DNA from: Setoptus koraiensis
Taxonomy: Eukaryota; Animalia; Arthropoda
NCBI GenBank assembly: GCA_048013815.1
Contig: CM106585.1
Location: 21,576,001 to 21,640,000, forward strand
Length of the DNA: 64,000 nucleotides
Reading direction: 5' to 3'
Under the pieces are notes generated by a model, which had not been told where the DNA came from, did not search any database, and saw only the letters and a program-made list of their open reading frames with translations. Made by a program: the position numbers and the translations under genes. Each line of letters begins with the position of its first letter. Within the stretch, counting starts at the first letter, position 1. Below, piece after piece: positions 36,061-47,837 of the stretch.

Positions 36061-39000
36061 CAACCGGCAAGCGGCAACGAGCGGCGGTCAGCAGCACCAA
36101 CTAAACAAACACAATGCACAAACAATGCAACCTGACTCAATATCAGCTCGCTTGACCATTATGTAACAGCAGCAATCAGGCGAGCGCCCAAAGGATGTTG
36201 GCATCTTATTTTGCCGCCAACATGTTATTTGGTTGATTGGCATCAACAAAGTGGCATCATTGACACTGTTGTTTTTGCACTCTTCTTCTCCACTCTCAAG
36301 CTCGCCGTTTGCCAGTGATGGCTGGCAACATCAGCAGCAACAGGTAACAGACATATCAACAGTGAGGGTGCAACGCGACAAGTGTTAATCGAATCCTGTT
36401 ATCAAACCAACAAAACTTGGTTTTTGTTGTCTTTTTCTTATTAGTTTTGTTATTATTATTATTATTGCAAACTTTTTCTTTTTCAATGTAGGTGTCGGAC
36501 ACCAAACAACTAAAACTCGCCATCTATTTGCTATCTATTCAAAAATCTTTATTATTGCGCATGCAACAGGGATGCTCTTAATTTTAAATTTTAACTTTTT
36601 ACAGGTTGCATTTCACTTGTTTTGCTCATTTTATTTCTGCAATCGCTGTGTGTGTGTGTGTGTGTTCCCCATTTATTTCACCTTGTTTTATACTGATGCC
36701 TCCATTTGTTCTCAATACCATGCTCTCAATTGCTCAATTGCCGATCTGCCTCTCATTTCATCTGGTCGTTGGTTCGATTGCTCGACGAGACAACAAACAC
36801 AAATTCAAATTTAGATACCAATCAAATCAACTCTCGCTCTCTCAGCTGCACAAGTCACGTTGTAACTCATTAACGTTCGCCCTCTCTAATTACTTATACT
36901 TTTGGTGCTTCCATTCATAATACTCATATAATTATCGCGATTGTCCACCAGTCAAATGAATCGATAAACGTCTGCGCCAGGCATGCGCCAGATGAGGCAT
37001 CGGATATTATCATTCTGTTTGACTGAGATGAAACGAGGGTTATCTCGGCTGCAGTCACTATAGTCACCGAGATGATGATGCATTGAGAGTGCAGCCACCA
37101 CAAATTGAACTTATTCTGACAGCGCATGTGTTATCTACAGCGATGTAATCGCATACTCAAAACAGTTACACTCACAGATGAATTGTCAGATGAATAGCGC
37201 CACTGGTCTGGCCCCAAAAAGCTCTCGTCATTAGCGAGCTGCTATAGAGTGGACAACCGTTAAAATTGGTTAAAATTCAATTGGTTTAAATGAGCCTATT
37301 ATCGCGCTTCTAACGCTCAAATCAAGACAGATCAATTCCGACATAAAGTTACAAGTTTTGTTTGGCTGCATGAGTTATGCAAGTGGTTGCAAGTTGCAAC
37401 TTTATCTGTCATTGCGTCATAAGAAGCGACTGTGAGCATTTGATTAGTAGATTATTTGATTACTGTCCCGGCAGCTAGTTTGTGTGTGTGTGTGTGCTGA
37501 TCAAGTCCATTAATCAACCATTTGGCGTTTTCCTCTTGGTCGTTTAATTTCATTTTATTTTATTTTATTTTGTTTCGTTGCAATTTATTTTAATATCTCA
37601 AGCAGCAGTCGGCCGACAAGCTGCAAGCGTCATGACAGTGTGCCACTTCAAGTATCCGGTGGCTGTGTTATTATGAGTGAAATGTTTGTTGTTGTCGAGT
37701 CTTTGTTGGGCTGCTGTCTCCAATAATGAGATCACAGTTATTATTACAGTTGTTTGTTGATAATTATCATGAGCCAACGAGTTGCCCAAAATGTTGCTTG
37801 GCCACTTGTCTCGTACACTGTGTTGCCATTGATCAAGCGCACCGTTACAGTTACATCACCGGGCGTGTTACATAATCAACGTTATTCATTAATGAATACA
37901 TGATGATGCATGTAATACCGCAATGTTGTTGTTGTCGTCATATAATCTCGAGCGGCCCACAATCTGTCGTCCATCTTTTGTTATTTCTCTCTCTCTCTTT
38001 AGATTCGTTTTATTAACGTTATATTGTAATATGTGATATGTAATATGCGATATGCAGTATGTAACATGTAATATGTAGCACAATAAAGAATTGATTCTTA
38101 TCATCATTTGCATCACTTACTTATCGTCATCGACGTCATGATGTCTGACGCAACACACGCCGTAGCTGGCTGGCTGGCTGGCTCACCTGGCCACTCACTC
38201 ACTCGCTGGCGGTTTGATTAAGACGACGACGACGAGTCAGTGAGATAATCAAACGGCTCGGCAGCTTCCATTGTGCCCAGAGCTGCCAAGACGGTCGCTG
38301 CCAAATAGTTGTTTGTGTTCTGGCGAGCGCCGTTCATCATTTATTGTCCCTGTCTGTCCGTTTGTCTCTTTATCTGCCCACCTGTCTGCTGCCGGCTCGA
38401 CTACCTGTTGTCGTTGTTGTTGTCGTCGTTTAATTGATATTGCGAAAAATTAATCAATTTTTATTGCTCTTCACTCCTCTGGCAGGCGCCACAGTTTGCC
38501 TCACAAACGCCAGACTGTGGCTCACACGAACACACTGCAAATATCAGCTGCAACATTGCAGTTGTGTTGCCATTCTTCTTCGATTGACCGTTACATTTAT
38601 TTATATTATATTTATATTTATAAACCAAGTCAAAGTTAACGGTGAAGCTAAAGTTAAAGTTGCCGTCATCTAGTTCATGTTGTTGCGCAATCATAACGAT
38701 AATTCTGCATATAAAAAGCAACAAAAAGAGAGAGAGAAAAAGTAATCTCTTTATTTGTTTGTCGCAACAATTTATTATTGTTGGTCTAGGTTACTATCTG
38801 AGTTTCTGTGCAACATCAACTTGTGATCATCATTATTACATAAGTACTTTGAATGTATAAAAGTTGCTGATTGTTATCGCACAATCGTCATAAACATTTA
38901 TTGATCATCAACAGGTTGCCTGCTTGCTTCCTTCTCGGCGCTCGCATTCGTTTCTTCCTCTCTCTTCCTTCATTTCATGCATTATCTTTTCGCCGCCGCA

Positions 39001-42000
39001 AACCGCCAACACTCTTGACAATCCAACCGACGACCGACAAACATCAACAAACAAACAAGATGCTCGCAAACAGATTGTCAGACTGCTGCTGTTGTTGCTG
39101 TTGCCGGCTGCACACTGGCCAGAAGAGACGAGGTGACAAGACCACTTGACAACCAATTGATTGTCAGCAATTCAAGGCACCCACATTCAATTCAACATAA
39201 TACAATTCTTATTTTAATAGAGTTGCATAATCAAAATATTGAAGCAAGTTTGTGTTCGATGATTTACAAGTTGCTTGTCGTGTGCTGCCGTGAATTATTA
39301 TTTTCCATTTTCTTTTTCCATTTTCATTTTCATCATCGTTATTATTCTGTTGGCTCGTGTGTCTTTTATGCACAGTGTATTCACAGTAGTGCACACAGGT
39401 AATAGTTACGTCGAGCACGATGCTGAAATGACCACTTTTGTTGTTAGCGGCTTCCGTTGTTGTTACGTCAATAATAACGGTAAAAAACGTACAGTAAATA
39501 ACAAGTCAGCTCATGCAGCACATCACATCGCATCAAATCACAACAGCGCAGCGTAACCATTATTGAGACAATTACAATTTAAACGCAAACATATCGTACA
39601 ATGCACGTAACGTTACAGCAAAGAGAAACTGTCAGTCCATCATGTTGCGCAATCAGCTAGTAAATTAACAAGCATTGCACAATTGGTCACTTTATTGGCA
39701 ACAGCAACATACAATTGGCACGCTCTACAATTATGCAAATGAGCTTGCTACCTGTTCAAAGTCAAACTTATTGTGTTTGTGTGTGTGAACTGAAATTGTG
39801 CAACGGTCAACTACAAACTGATTGCTCGGTTCAAGTTGGCTCACTGGTCAAGCTAGACAAGCTTGCTCTTAAAAGTTGTGTAAAAGCTCTCTTAGGTGGC
39901 AATCAACACACACACACACACACAAAATACAGGTGAGCTTTTGGATGAACGCTACAACGCTACTTATTGTTGTTGTTATTGTTGCATGAGCTATCATGTA
40001 ACGTATCTAAGTTAGGTAATAATAATAATTAATAGTCGCTTGATCTTTGTTTGATAATAGTGACCAGGTGAGTTGATGCTGCCGCCCTATTAGTACTACT
40101 AGTATCCATCTATTATAATCTAATCCAATCTATTCTCATGTGTTGTTGTTCTAATTCACTGCTTCTTCTTCTGGCGACCTCCAACTATCGAATGCTCGAA
40201 CTGTTGCTACTAAGTTCAACTAACTGTTTACATGTTGAATAATAGTTACACAATAGCCATGGCTTATTTCATCAACGGCCAACTATCGCTATAAGAGTGT
40301 CTAAGAGTATCTACGAGCAGAGATGTGAAAGTGAACTAGAAAAGAATTGATTGCTTTATTCATTCGTTATGTGTGTGTATGTTCATGTTGATGTAATGTG
40401 GTTTAATATGATGTAATATGATGGTGAAAGCGGGCAACGTGCTGACGTCAAGATCAGATATGATCAGATCAGATCAGATCGGGATCAAAATCAAACCAGA
40501 ATCAACAGCGTCACCACATTAAATTTGTAACACCAAACAATAACTTGTTTTTCTTATGAAAAACATATTTCTCGTGCTGGTGATAATCCCACACTGGAAC
40601 AAACATGAAAAGGTTAGTCAATTTCTATGCCATTCACTTTTGGCAATTCTTTGCTTTCAAATCTTTGCTTCGACGATTTGACCAAGTGATGCTAATTCGA
40701 TCAAACTGACCAGCATCATGTTATTATGTAATGTTGTTGTTTGTGTGTTATGCGCGTTGAGACGCCAACAAATTGATCAAGTTCAAATGTTGTTGTTGTT
40801 GTTGTTGTTGCATTCTAGCCAGTTGTTGAGAGGTTACAACTCAACAGCCAACCAACACAACAGAGTCCATATAGAGAGATATAGATCGTTGCTGTCATTG
40901 GTCAACTCTTTACTTACAACTCTTACACAACAAATGTTACGTGACCAAAAAGAACCAAAACAGGTGGTGAACATTAGATGGATCATAAAACATTGGCACA
41001 AAACAACTGATTGAGACATTAATGATGCCCAATGTCGATTTGATTCATTAGGGCAGCGTGTGGAATATCTTGGCATTCGATCTCTTCATTATTGGCCAAC
41101 CCTAATCCCACTACTATAGCCAGCTAATGATCAGATATCAAGATTGATGCACTCTCCTAAAGGATAAATTATTATCGCGCAGTGACCAGAAGTGTTCAAA
41201 AGCTCCACAATATCAGTCAGTTATGCATTCATGTCTATTGTATTTAACCGCTGAACACATCCAAATGTTGATTATGTTACAAAACAGGTGTTATGAGCTG
41301 TTACGATATAATAACATTTATTACATCACAAATACAGACAGACAATTGAAAAGTGATGCGCATTGTAGAAATTCAAACTTTGTTGTTGCTCATTGGTTTG
41401 TGTACAATTGTATAATTATTGTCAGGATATTATCAGGCTCTATCCTTGTGCGTCTTAGGCTCGTCAAACAAATGCCCAACGAACAAAGCGAGCGCTGAAC
41501 ACAATTTGAAAACTAGACTTATAACAAACTTGGCATCCGGTGCTAACAAGGGATAATCCCTAGATCACCTGTTGCTCGTCAATATTGACCTCACTTGTGA
41601 AATTGTATATTATTATTATATTTTGTTTTTATTGTTGACATTTGCATGCACTTTGATCTATCCTTTCGAGTGAGCTTTCAAGATCAAGAGCAAATCGCGA
41701 GTGAGTCGTGATAAATGCTTCAATGAAGCAGGGATGCAATGAAATTGTGAAAAATGAAATTTTTCTTGTTATATCTGCTTATATTCAATATTTTTAATTC
41801 AATATCTAGCTAGACGGAGACGCAAGCGATAATTCATATTGCGTAATGCGTAATATGTTGTCCACTTGTTTGCTTGCGACATTGCCGAACATAATAGATC
41901 AACTGCTCTGAATCGAGAGCCAATGAATAATCACAATCATCGTCATCGGGAATACTGACCGATAAGATTTCAACAATAATAATTGCTTGTTTGACCACAA

Positions 42001-44104
42001 ACAACAAACAACAAATGGACAAATGAGTCACACGAAGAGGATTAGAGAATTTCATTTATTTCAAGTCTTTTGTCAATATTTTATCACCGTGATCAGTAAT
42101 CGATTTGTATTTCGCTTTCAAAAGTAGATTCTTGTTGAGCAACAACAATGTGCCTCTTAATCAACAAATATCGCATTATTATACCTGATACATACTCAAT
42201 AAACTAACTTGAAAGGATTACCAATAGATTAGGCGATATTTCAATGGTCGCGAGGATAGGAAGCAGTTTCACACCAGCTGTTCCGGTGTTGGTGGCAGTG
42301 GTGTCGATTTAGCAGCCCACCTAACGGTATTAATTGATTACAAGTAATGGTATCCACATGGAAAGCAACAACTCGGTAACTGGTACACACAATCTAAATT
42401 CTCAGATCAATCTAAATTAGCTGGCCGAAGAGCCGAAAGGAATCGGATAAAATGACCATAATCAACTGGCTTACTTTCTCTACTTTCTGTCAATTTATTT
42501 GTACCATCATACTCTTATCGTGTATCATATTATCATTGCCACACTTTCAAATCGCTATCAAATTGCCATCCGAATCTATTGCTTAATATTGAGTTGCAAT
42601 TACTGTGGCACTAGTAGTAGTGGTGGCAATTAACTGAATTACTTGAGAGCGGCTACTTGTTTCTTGCAACCGAAAAATCAAATCAATTTCTGTCTCTCCA
42701 TCTATCTTGTCTCACTATAAGCCAATTACAGTGACAACTGTAGCTATCAGTAATGGTTGAGATAAATTTGCATATTACCTGGCATAATTTTTTGTCTACC
42801 GAAAATAAACTACTCCTATTGCCAATGATAATCAAAGGCATTCTTATTGAAATTGACGAGCAATGACTGATATCCATTGGGTAATCATGATACAATTTGA
42901 TGCATAGCATCAATAAATAACAAACGCGATGGCAAGACGAATTAGAGATGATCATTCTATACACTATGCATATTGTATGACTACTATGAATGCGACTAAA
43001 CCTGTGACAAACATTGAAAATTGATTTCACTTTCTCTCTTTCTCCAGTATAATGTTCATATTCCGGATGGGCAATGGTCAAGCTTTCCTCCACTAGTTTG
43101 CCACGCTACACACAATGGTCAGTGCAAATCGGTTCAATTGAATCAATGAACAAGTGTGTCGATCCTTGTTGTGCTATTTGCAGTTGCTCACAATCAATTT
43201 TCAATGAATACGACCGGTTTCATTGGCACTCAAAGTATCTCTGTTGTTGTTGTCTTTTTAGTTGTTTGCCAGTGGTAAGCTTATCCTTATCGACACATGT
43301 TGATCTTGTTGTTAGTGGGCCAACAAAAGGATAGATCAATAGAAATTAATGCAAACCAATTGATTGGGACGCCCAGATTCCAAACCCAGTTCAGCTTGGT
43401 TCAACTTGTTGGGCTCAAGTATCGGTCTAGTTGAACGACTTTCGGTCTGCGACCAATTGACGACCATCACCATAACTGTATGATCGCTAATCACATCAGT
43501 TGGCTCTCTGATCAGCCTATAATTTATCTCATCTTATTGTTGTTGTTGTTATTAGAGCAAACATGCCTACATTATTAGTCAATTATCTCTTCCACTCGCC
43601 TTGCCACCGAATACAAGCAGCAACAATCAAATGCGCCCAAGGCACCGCCGCCATCCCATTGATCCGATCTTCATCACTAATCCCGTTCGAAATTCATTTC
43701 CAATTGATACTCTCACTCTCCGTCTCTGTACATATAAATATATATATATATTTCACACAGTCGCACACCAACTCACTATCCAGCATCTCTCTAGTTTATT
43801 TACCTTTTCAGTCAAACAAATGCTCCTGAGCTTAACAACAGTCATAATAGCCAAGTAGACAGACAGTGTATTACGAACGATGGTATATTGTTAGTAGAAG
43901 GAAACGACAAACTTGAATAGCGCCGTGTTAAGTTGACCTTTTTTAATTTACACAAAACTCATAATGATAAGAGTTTGATAGCGCTCACTGGTTGAGGCTG
44001 GATGAATGAACTATATAGAGACAAAGCAATGCGAGATTAGTTATGTAATGCTTGTTCAATTCATTTATTTAATAGATAAAAAAACAATAACTAAACCAAG
44101 TGGG

Positions 44105-45562
44105 TCATCGCGGATCGGATCTCTCAAAGTTAGTGGAGGGTTCTTGGCTATAGTGTGAAGCTATACCGACTAGCCCCTCTTCGATTTCAGTTGATTCTTT
44201 CAATTCGTCTGAATTGTCGTCTCTATGTGACAAGTTCGGTCTGTAGTTCAGACCAAACCATCTATTTGAATTGATCTTCTCCAATTGGCAACATTTTTCC
44301 AAAAGTTCATTGCATGTGTGCATCAGAGACAGGGATATGTCGCTTACTCTTCTTTTCATCTGTCTATCATGTTGTTCTTCGGAAGAGAGAAGATGGTCGT
44401 CATCTTGATCGGAATTACATGCTTGCCACATTATACCACCATATTCGAGTCCTAAGCCGCATGCTAATCTAAACTCCCATTCGTTAAGTAGGGGTCGATT
44501 GAAATTCAATGCCTCTAGAATAGTAGAGCAAAAACAAGAATTAACCACAACAAACGCATCACACAAATCAAAGTTACCAATTTTACATTCATCAATTGTT
44601 TGTATCATGGTTATGAAATACAATATGTGTTTCCTTCGTTTGGCTATATTCTTGAAGGTGGCTAACGTGTTACCAATGTCAGGAATAGGATTGGTGATGA
44701 TAACTCCTATTCTGAGTTCCTCGTCGTTCTTCACTCGTTCCACAAGAGCTATCCGTTTTGATAATAGTCGCGAGGGATCTACGACATTGTTGGTCTTAGT
44801 TTCTAAAGTTATCTCAATAAATTGATTTGGACTGGATATTTTCAACAGCAGTGATCTACAATGACCTATATGAACTACCCTTCTGAACATTTTGATGGAT
44901 TTGTTCGTCATAAAATGGCCAAATCTATGGATGTACACGTCGTCCTTATTTTGGTGACTCAAATCTACAATCCAGTTTTGTGACATTTTAGAGAAGTGCC
45001 AACTGTCGCAGTCTTTTAATAATTTGGCAAATGACAACTTCTTGAAATTCTCCAGTTTAGAAATGCTATTGACGAGACTCAACGAAGATGTTTCGTAGAG
45101 AATCAATGTATCTGAATCGAACTCTCCTTGCAATGCCTCATCCAATTTCGATTTGATATCGTCTAAAATTGATGTGTCCAATTTGTTACCAAATATGTAC
45201 AATATTGGTAGATTCATCTGAGACTTTACTATTGGTTGAGTGAGACACACAGTGCCAAAGTGAATAACTGCGTCTAAACCTGTAACATGTTGCGTGATGA
45301 TGAGATCGGCACAACAAGTAGTTGGCTGAGTAATATACAGTCTGGGTAGAACATCCCTGTCACTATCTTCTTCTGTACGCCTGGCATTTGTAAGTCCTAA
45401 CTGATATTTAACCGCTATCAAATCCTCGAGGATAGCAACAACACGAGCTGAGTTGGCGAGGTCGACCAAATTGAATTGCAATGCGACATTCTTAAATCTA
45501 TTGTTTACTATCCACTCTGAACATTCCTCTAATTGATACTGGTCGTCAATGTCCATGCTCAT
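44105..45562 (-). CDS. DPH2: Diphthamide biosynthesis protein 2
   Basis: 485 aa. N-terminal ECSEWI...VALQF, HFGTVCL, central KIGNFDLCDAFVVVNSC, and C-terminal GLVGIASHY typical of DPH2. Intronless. Confidence 0.82.
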   Translation of the reverse strand: MSMDIDDQYQLEECSEWIVNNRFKNVALQFNLVDLANSARVVAILEDLIAVKYQLGLTNARRTEEDSDRDVLPRLYITQPTTCCADLIITQHVTGLDAVIHFGTVCLTQPIVKSQMNLPILYIFGNKLDTSILDDIKSKLDEALQGEFDSDTLILYETSSLSLVNSISKLENFKKLSFAKLLKDCDSWHFSKMSQNWIVDLSHQNKDDVYIHRFGHFMTNKSIKMFRRVVHIGHCRSLLLKISSPNQFIEITLETKTNNVVDPSRLLSKRIALVERVKNDEELRIGVIITNPIPDIGNTLATFKNIAKRRKHILYFITMIQTIDECKIGNFDLCDAFVVVNSCFCSTILEALNFNRPLLNEWEFRLACGLGLEYGGIMWQACNSDQDDDHLLSSEEQHDRQMKRRVSDISLSLMHTCNELLEKCCQLEKINSNRWFGLNYRPNLSHRDDNSDELKESTEIEEGLVGIASHYSQEPSTNFERSDPR

Positions 45563-46257
45563 GCGTTAATTAAATAGCTGCAATATCGCACTAGTATGTG
45601 TATCCGTATATCGACAACTACTTTGTGGATTAAATGGTGATGATTTCTGTGGTTTTCATTGATAATAGTAATATGTCGACATAAATGATGAAGATCCCTT
45701 CCGATAAACAAATAATAATAACAAACAATTTTGAAAGGACCACGTGGGAATGTTAACTCGGCCAAGGAATGGGAGTGGAACACGTAATTTTTGACAGGCA
45801 ATGTTCGTTGTGTCTCCTGCCTCCCATCTCCCAAGAAAATATTCGCTCCCATTTATTGAGACCACAATCCCGAGCTTTCTTATTGGCTCACTTTGCCAAA
45901 CAACGGATCGCCTCTCGTAACAAATGATTCTATATGCATACATGATATAATAATTTCGTTATTTAGTTATAAAACTATGACCTGGTTCTTGATATTTTAT
46001 CATTCGGTCGGCAGGAGTGAACGTTCAGAATTTTCCTTATCAAAAAAAGGTTTTCCATTATGGGAGACCACCTCTGGATTGGCCTCTCCCTTATGGCTCA
46101 GGGACTTTTAAATTACGCGCACCTTTAATTACCAGGATCGCATGTTGTTTTCACTTTTGCCATGACGTGTTTATTTACGTCCCAAACCATTAACCTTTCG
46201 AACAGTCTGATGACGATAATTTAAATTTGACACGATAGAATCTATTCATTCGAATCC

Positions 46258-47298
46258 ATGACACTGATGAGTTGGATAATAACATTGATATTCACAATAG
46301 AAGAGTCACTCCTAATGGACCTTATCGAGGCTTTTGTTTCAGGCTCTATCAAGAAGCGAAAACAGGCCATTCGTGACAATTGTGGAAAGGCTTCAAAGCC
46401 CGGAGAGAAAACGGACACCATCGATGATGAAGATATATGGTTCGATGGAGTAGACAAACGATTGATAGATATACATTGCAAGAAGAAAAATCTAACAGCT
46501 GGAAATGATAAATCTTTGACAACCAAAGTTAATCAGATAAGCCCATCGCCGAACAATAATTTCAAACGGGGACATTTAAAACGCGGCGGACTGGATCTTC
46601 GTATTCCTTCTTCTGTACGTGATAACAAATCAGTCAATTATACAGCTATAACTAAAGAGGTTGCTTTAGATTGTGAAATGGTTGAATGCTATTTCTCTAG
46701 GTCTGTGCTAGCTCGCGTGTCGATTGTAAATCTTTATGGACATCCGTTGATGGATAAATATGTTGCACCTCCTTCAAGAGTAACTGATTACCGAACAAAA
46801 TACAGTGGTATCAGAAAGGCGGATCTCATGGGTGCTCCAAGTTTCGAAGTGGTTCAAAAAGAGGTTCATGAAATGCTTCAAAATAAAATAATTGTCGGAC
46901 ACGCATTGCACAATGACTTTAGAGTTCTCAAACTTCAGTTCCCATCAGAAAAGATACGAGATACAAGCAAATACTTCAAACCGTTTTTCCAGGGACAAAC
47001 TCCATCCCTCAAAAAATTATCGGAGTGCATATTGGGTGTCACAGTTCAAGAGGGCGAGCATGACTCAATTCAAGATGCTCAAGCAGCAATGAAATTATAT
47101 GTAAAATACCGAGATCAGTGGAACCAGGGAGCCAGGTCTCAGAAAGAAGCATCAATTAAATCAAAAAAGGGTAGAAAGCAAAAGAGTAAGAAGAAGGTCA
47201 AGACTTTCATTGTGACCAACGGCACAGACAAAGATGTTCCCAAACATAATGAACTTGATGCAATACCATTGTATAGGAAGACTCATGGTATACCATAA
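46258..47298 (+). CDS. REXO4: RNA exonuclease 4-like (DEDDh 3'-5' exonuclease)
   Basis: VALDCEMV, ARVSIVN, DYRTKYSGIR, IVGHALHNDF, PSLKKLS, HDSIQDAQAAM; basic low-complexity flanks. The start could be the Met at 46315. Confidence 0.9.
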   Translation: MTLMSWIITLIFTIEESLLMDLIEAFVSGSIKKRKQAIRDNCGKASKPGEKTDTIDDEDIWFDGVDKRLIDIHCKKKNLTAGNDKSLTTKVNQISPSPNNNFKRGHLKRGGLDLRIPSSVRDNKSVNYTAITKEVALDCEMVECYFSRSVLARVSIVNLYGHPLMDKYVAPPSRVTDYRTKYSGIRKADLMGAPSFEVVQKEVHEMLQNKIIVGHALHNDFRVLKLQFPSEKIRDTSKYFKPFFQGQTPSLKKLSECILGVTVQEGEHDSIQDAQAAMKLYVKYRDQWNQGARSQKEASIKSKKGRKQKSKKKVKTFIVTNGTDKDVPKHNELDAIPLYRKTHGIP

Positions 47299-47837
47299 AC
47301 AAATTTACTGTCACGCAATTTGGAACATACTTATCGGATGTTCATTATAATTTTTATATTAGAAAAACTAGTATCTCTATTATATAAAAAGTCTATATAG
47401 CGAAGGAGAGTAATTCATTTATGTCTTGTCTTGATTCATTGAATCATATTTGGAGGGATGTTTTGATGTGGTGTTTGTTCAATGAATGTATCATCTACGG
47501 TGTTCGGGTAAAGCCTGGTCCTCCCAACTGAGATAATACAGAACAATACTTTCCAACGGAGAGATAAGGAGGATTTAACCATGAACAACGTTTTACTACT
47601 GCTTTGAATCAAGCCGTTCAAGACCTGCTCTATAATTACAAGTGTACCTAGCTCATGTAACTCTATTTAAACCTCGCGCCTGATACAGTGTTGATTGCAT
47701 GAAGGCAGCTTGACATACCAAACTTATTCGTAATTGATGACAATTCTTTTTTATTGACCTATGACTGACGTCAATCAACTCAATCAACCTGTAATTACTG
47801 CGCACAGCCTTAAATCACAAACCTGTGGCTATACAAC

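Noticed and set aside
41834-42055. 73-aa minus-strand ORF with a hydrophobic N-terminus (possible secreted peptide)
   Set aside because: No recognisable family, cleavage or amidation pattern; such ORFs are expected by chance in AT-rich DNA.
42683-43520. ORFs at 42683-43093 (-), 43074-43334 (+) and a frame containing IREPTDV, plus a strong plus-strand acceptor at 43047
   Set aside because: No frame gives a coherent domain (no Ig Cys/Trp pattern); insufficient to call a gene.
11600-44000. Dozens of 60-180-aa ORFs rich in polyC, polyL, polyQ, polyT or polyV
   Set aside because: They are translations of (CAA/TTG)n, (CA)n and (GA)n microsatellites in alternative frames, with no domain motifs or splice support.
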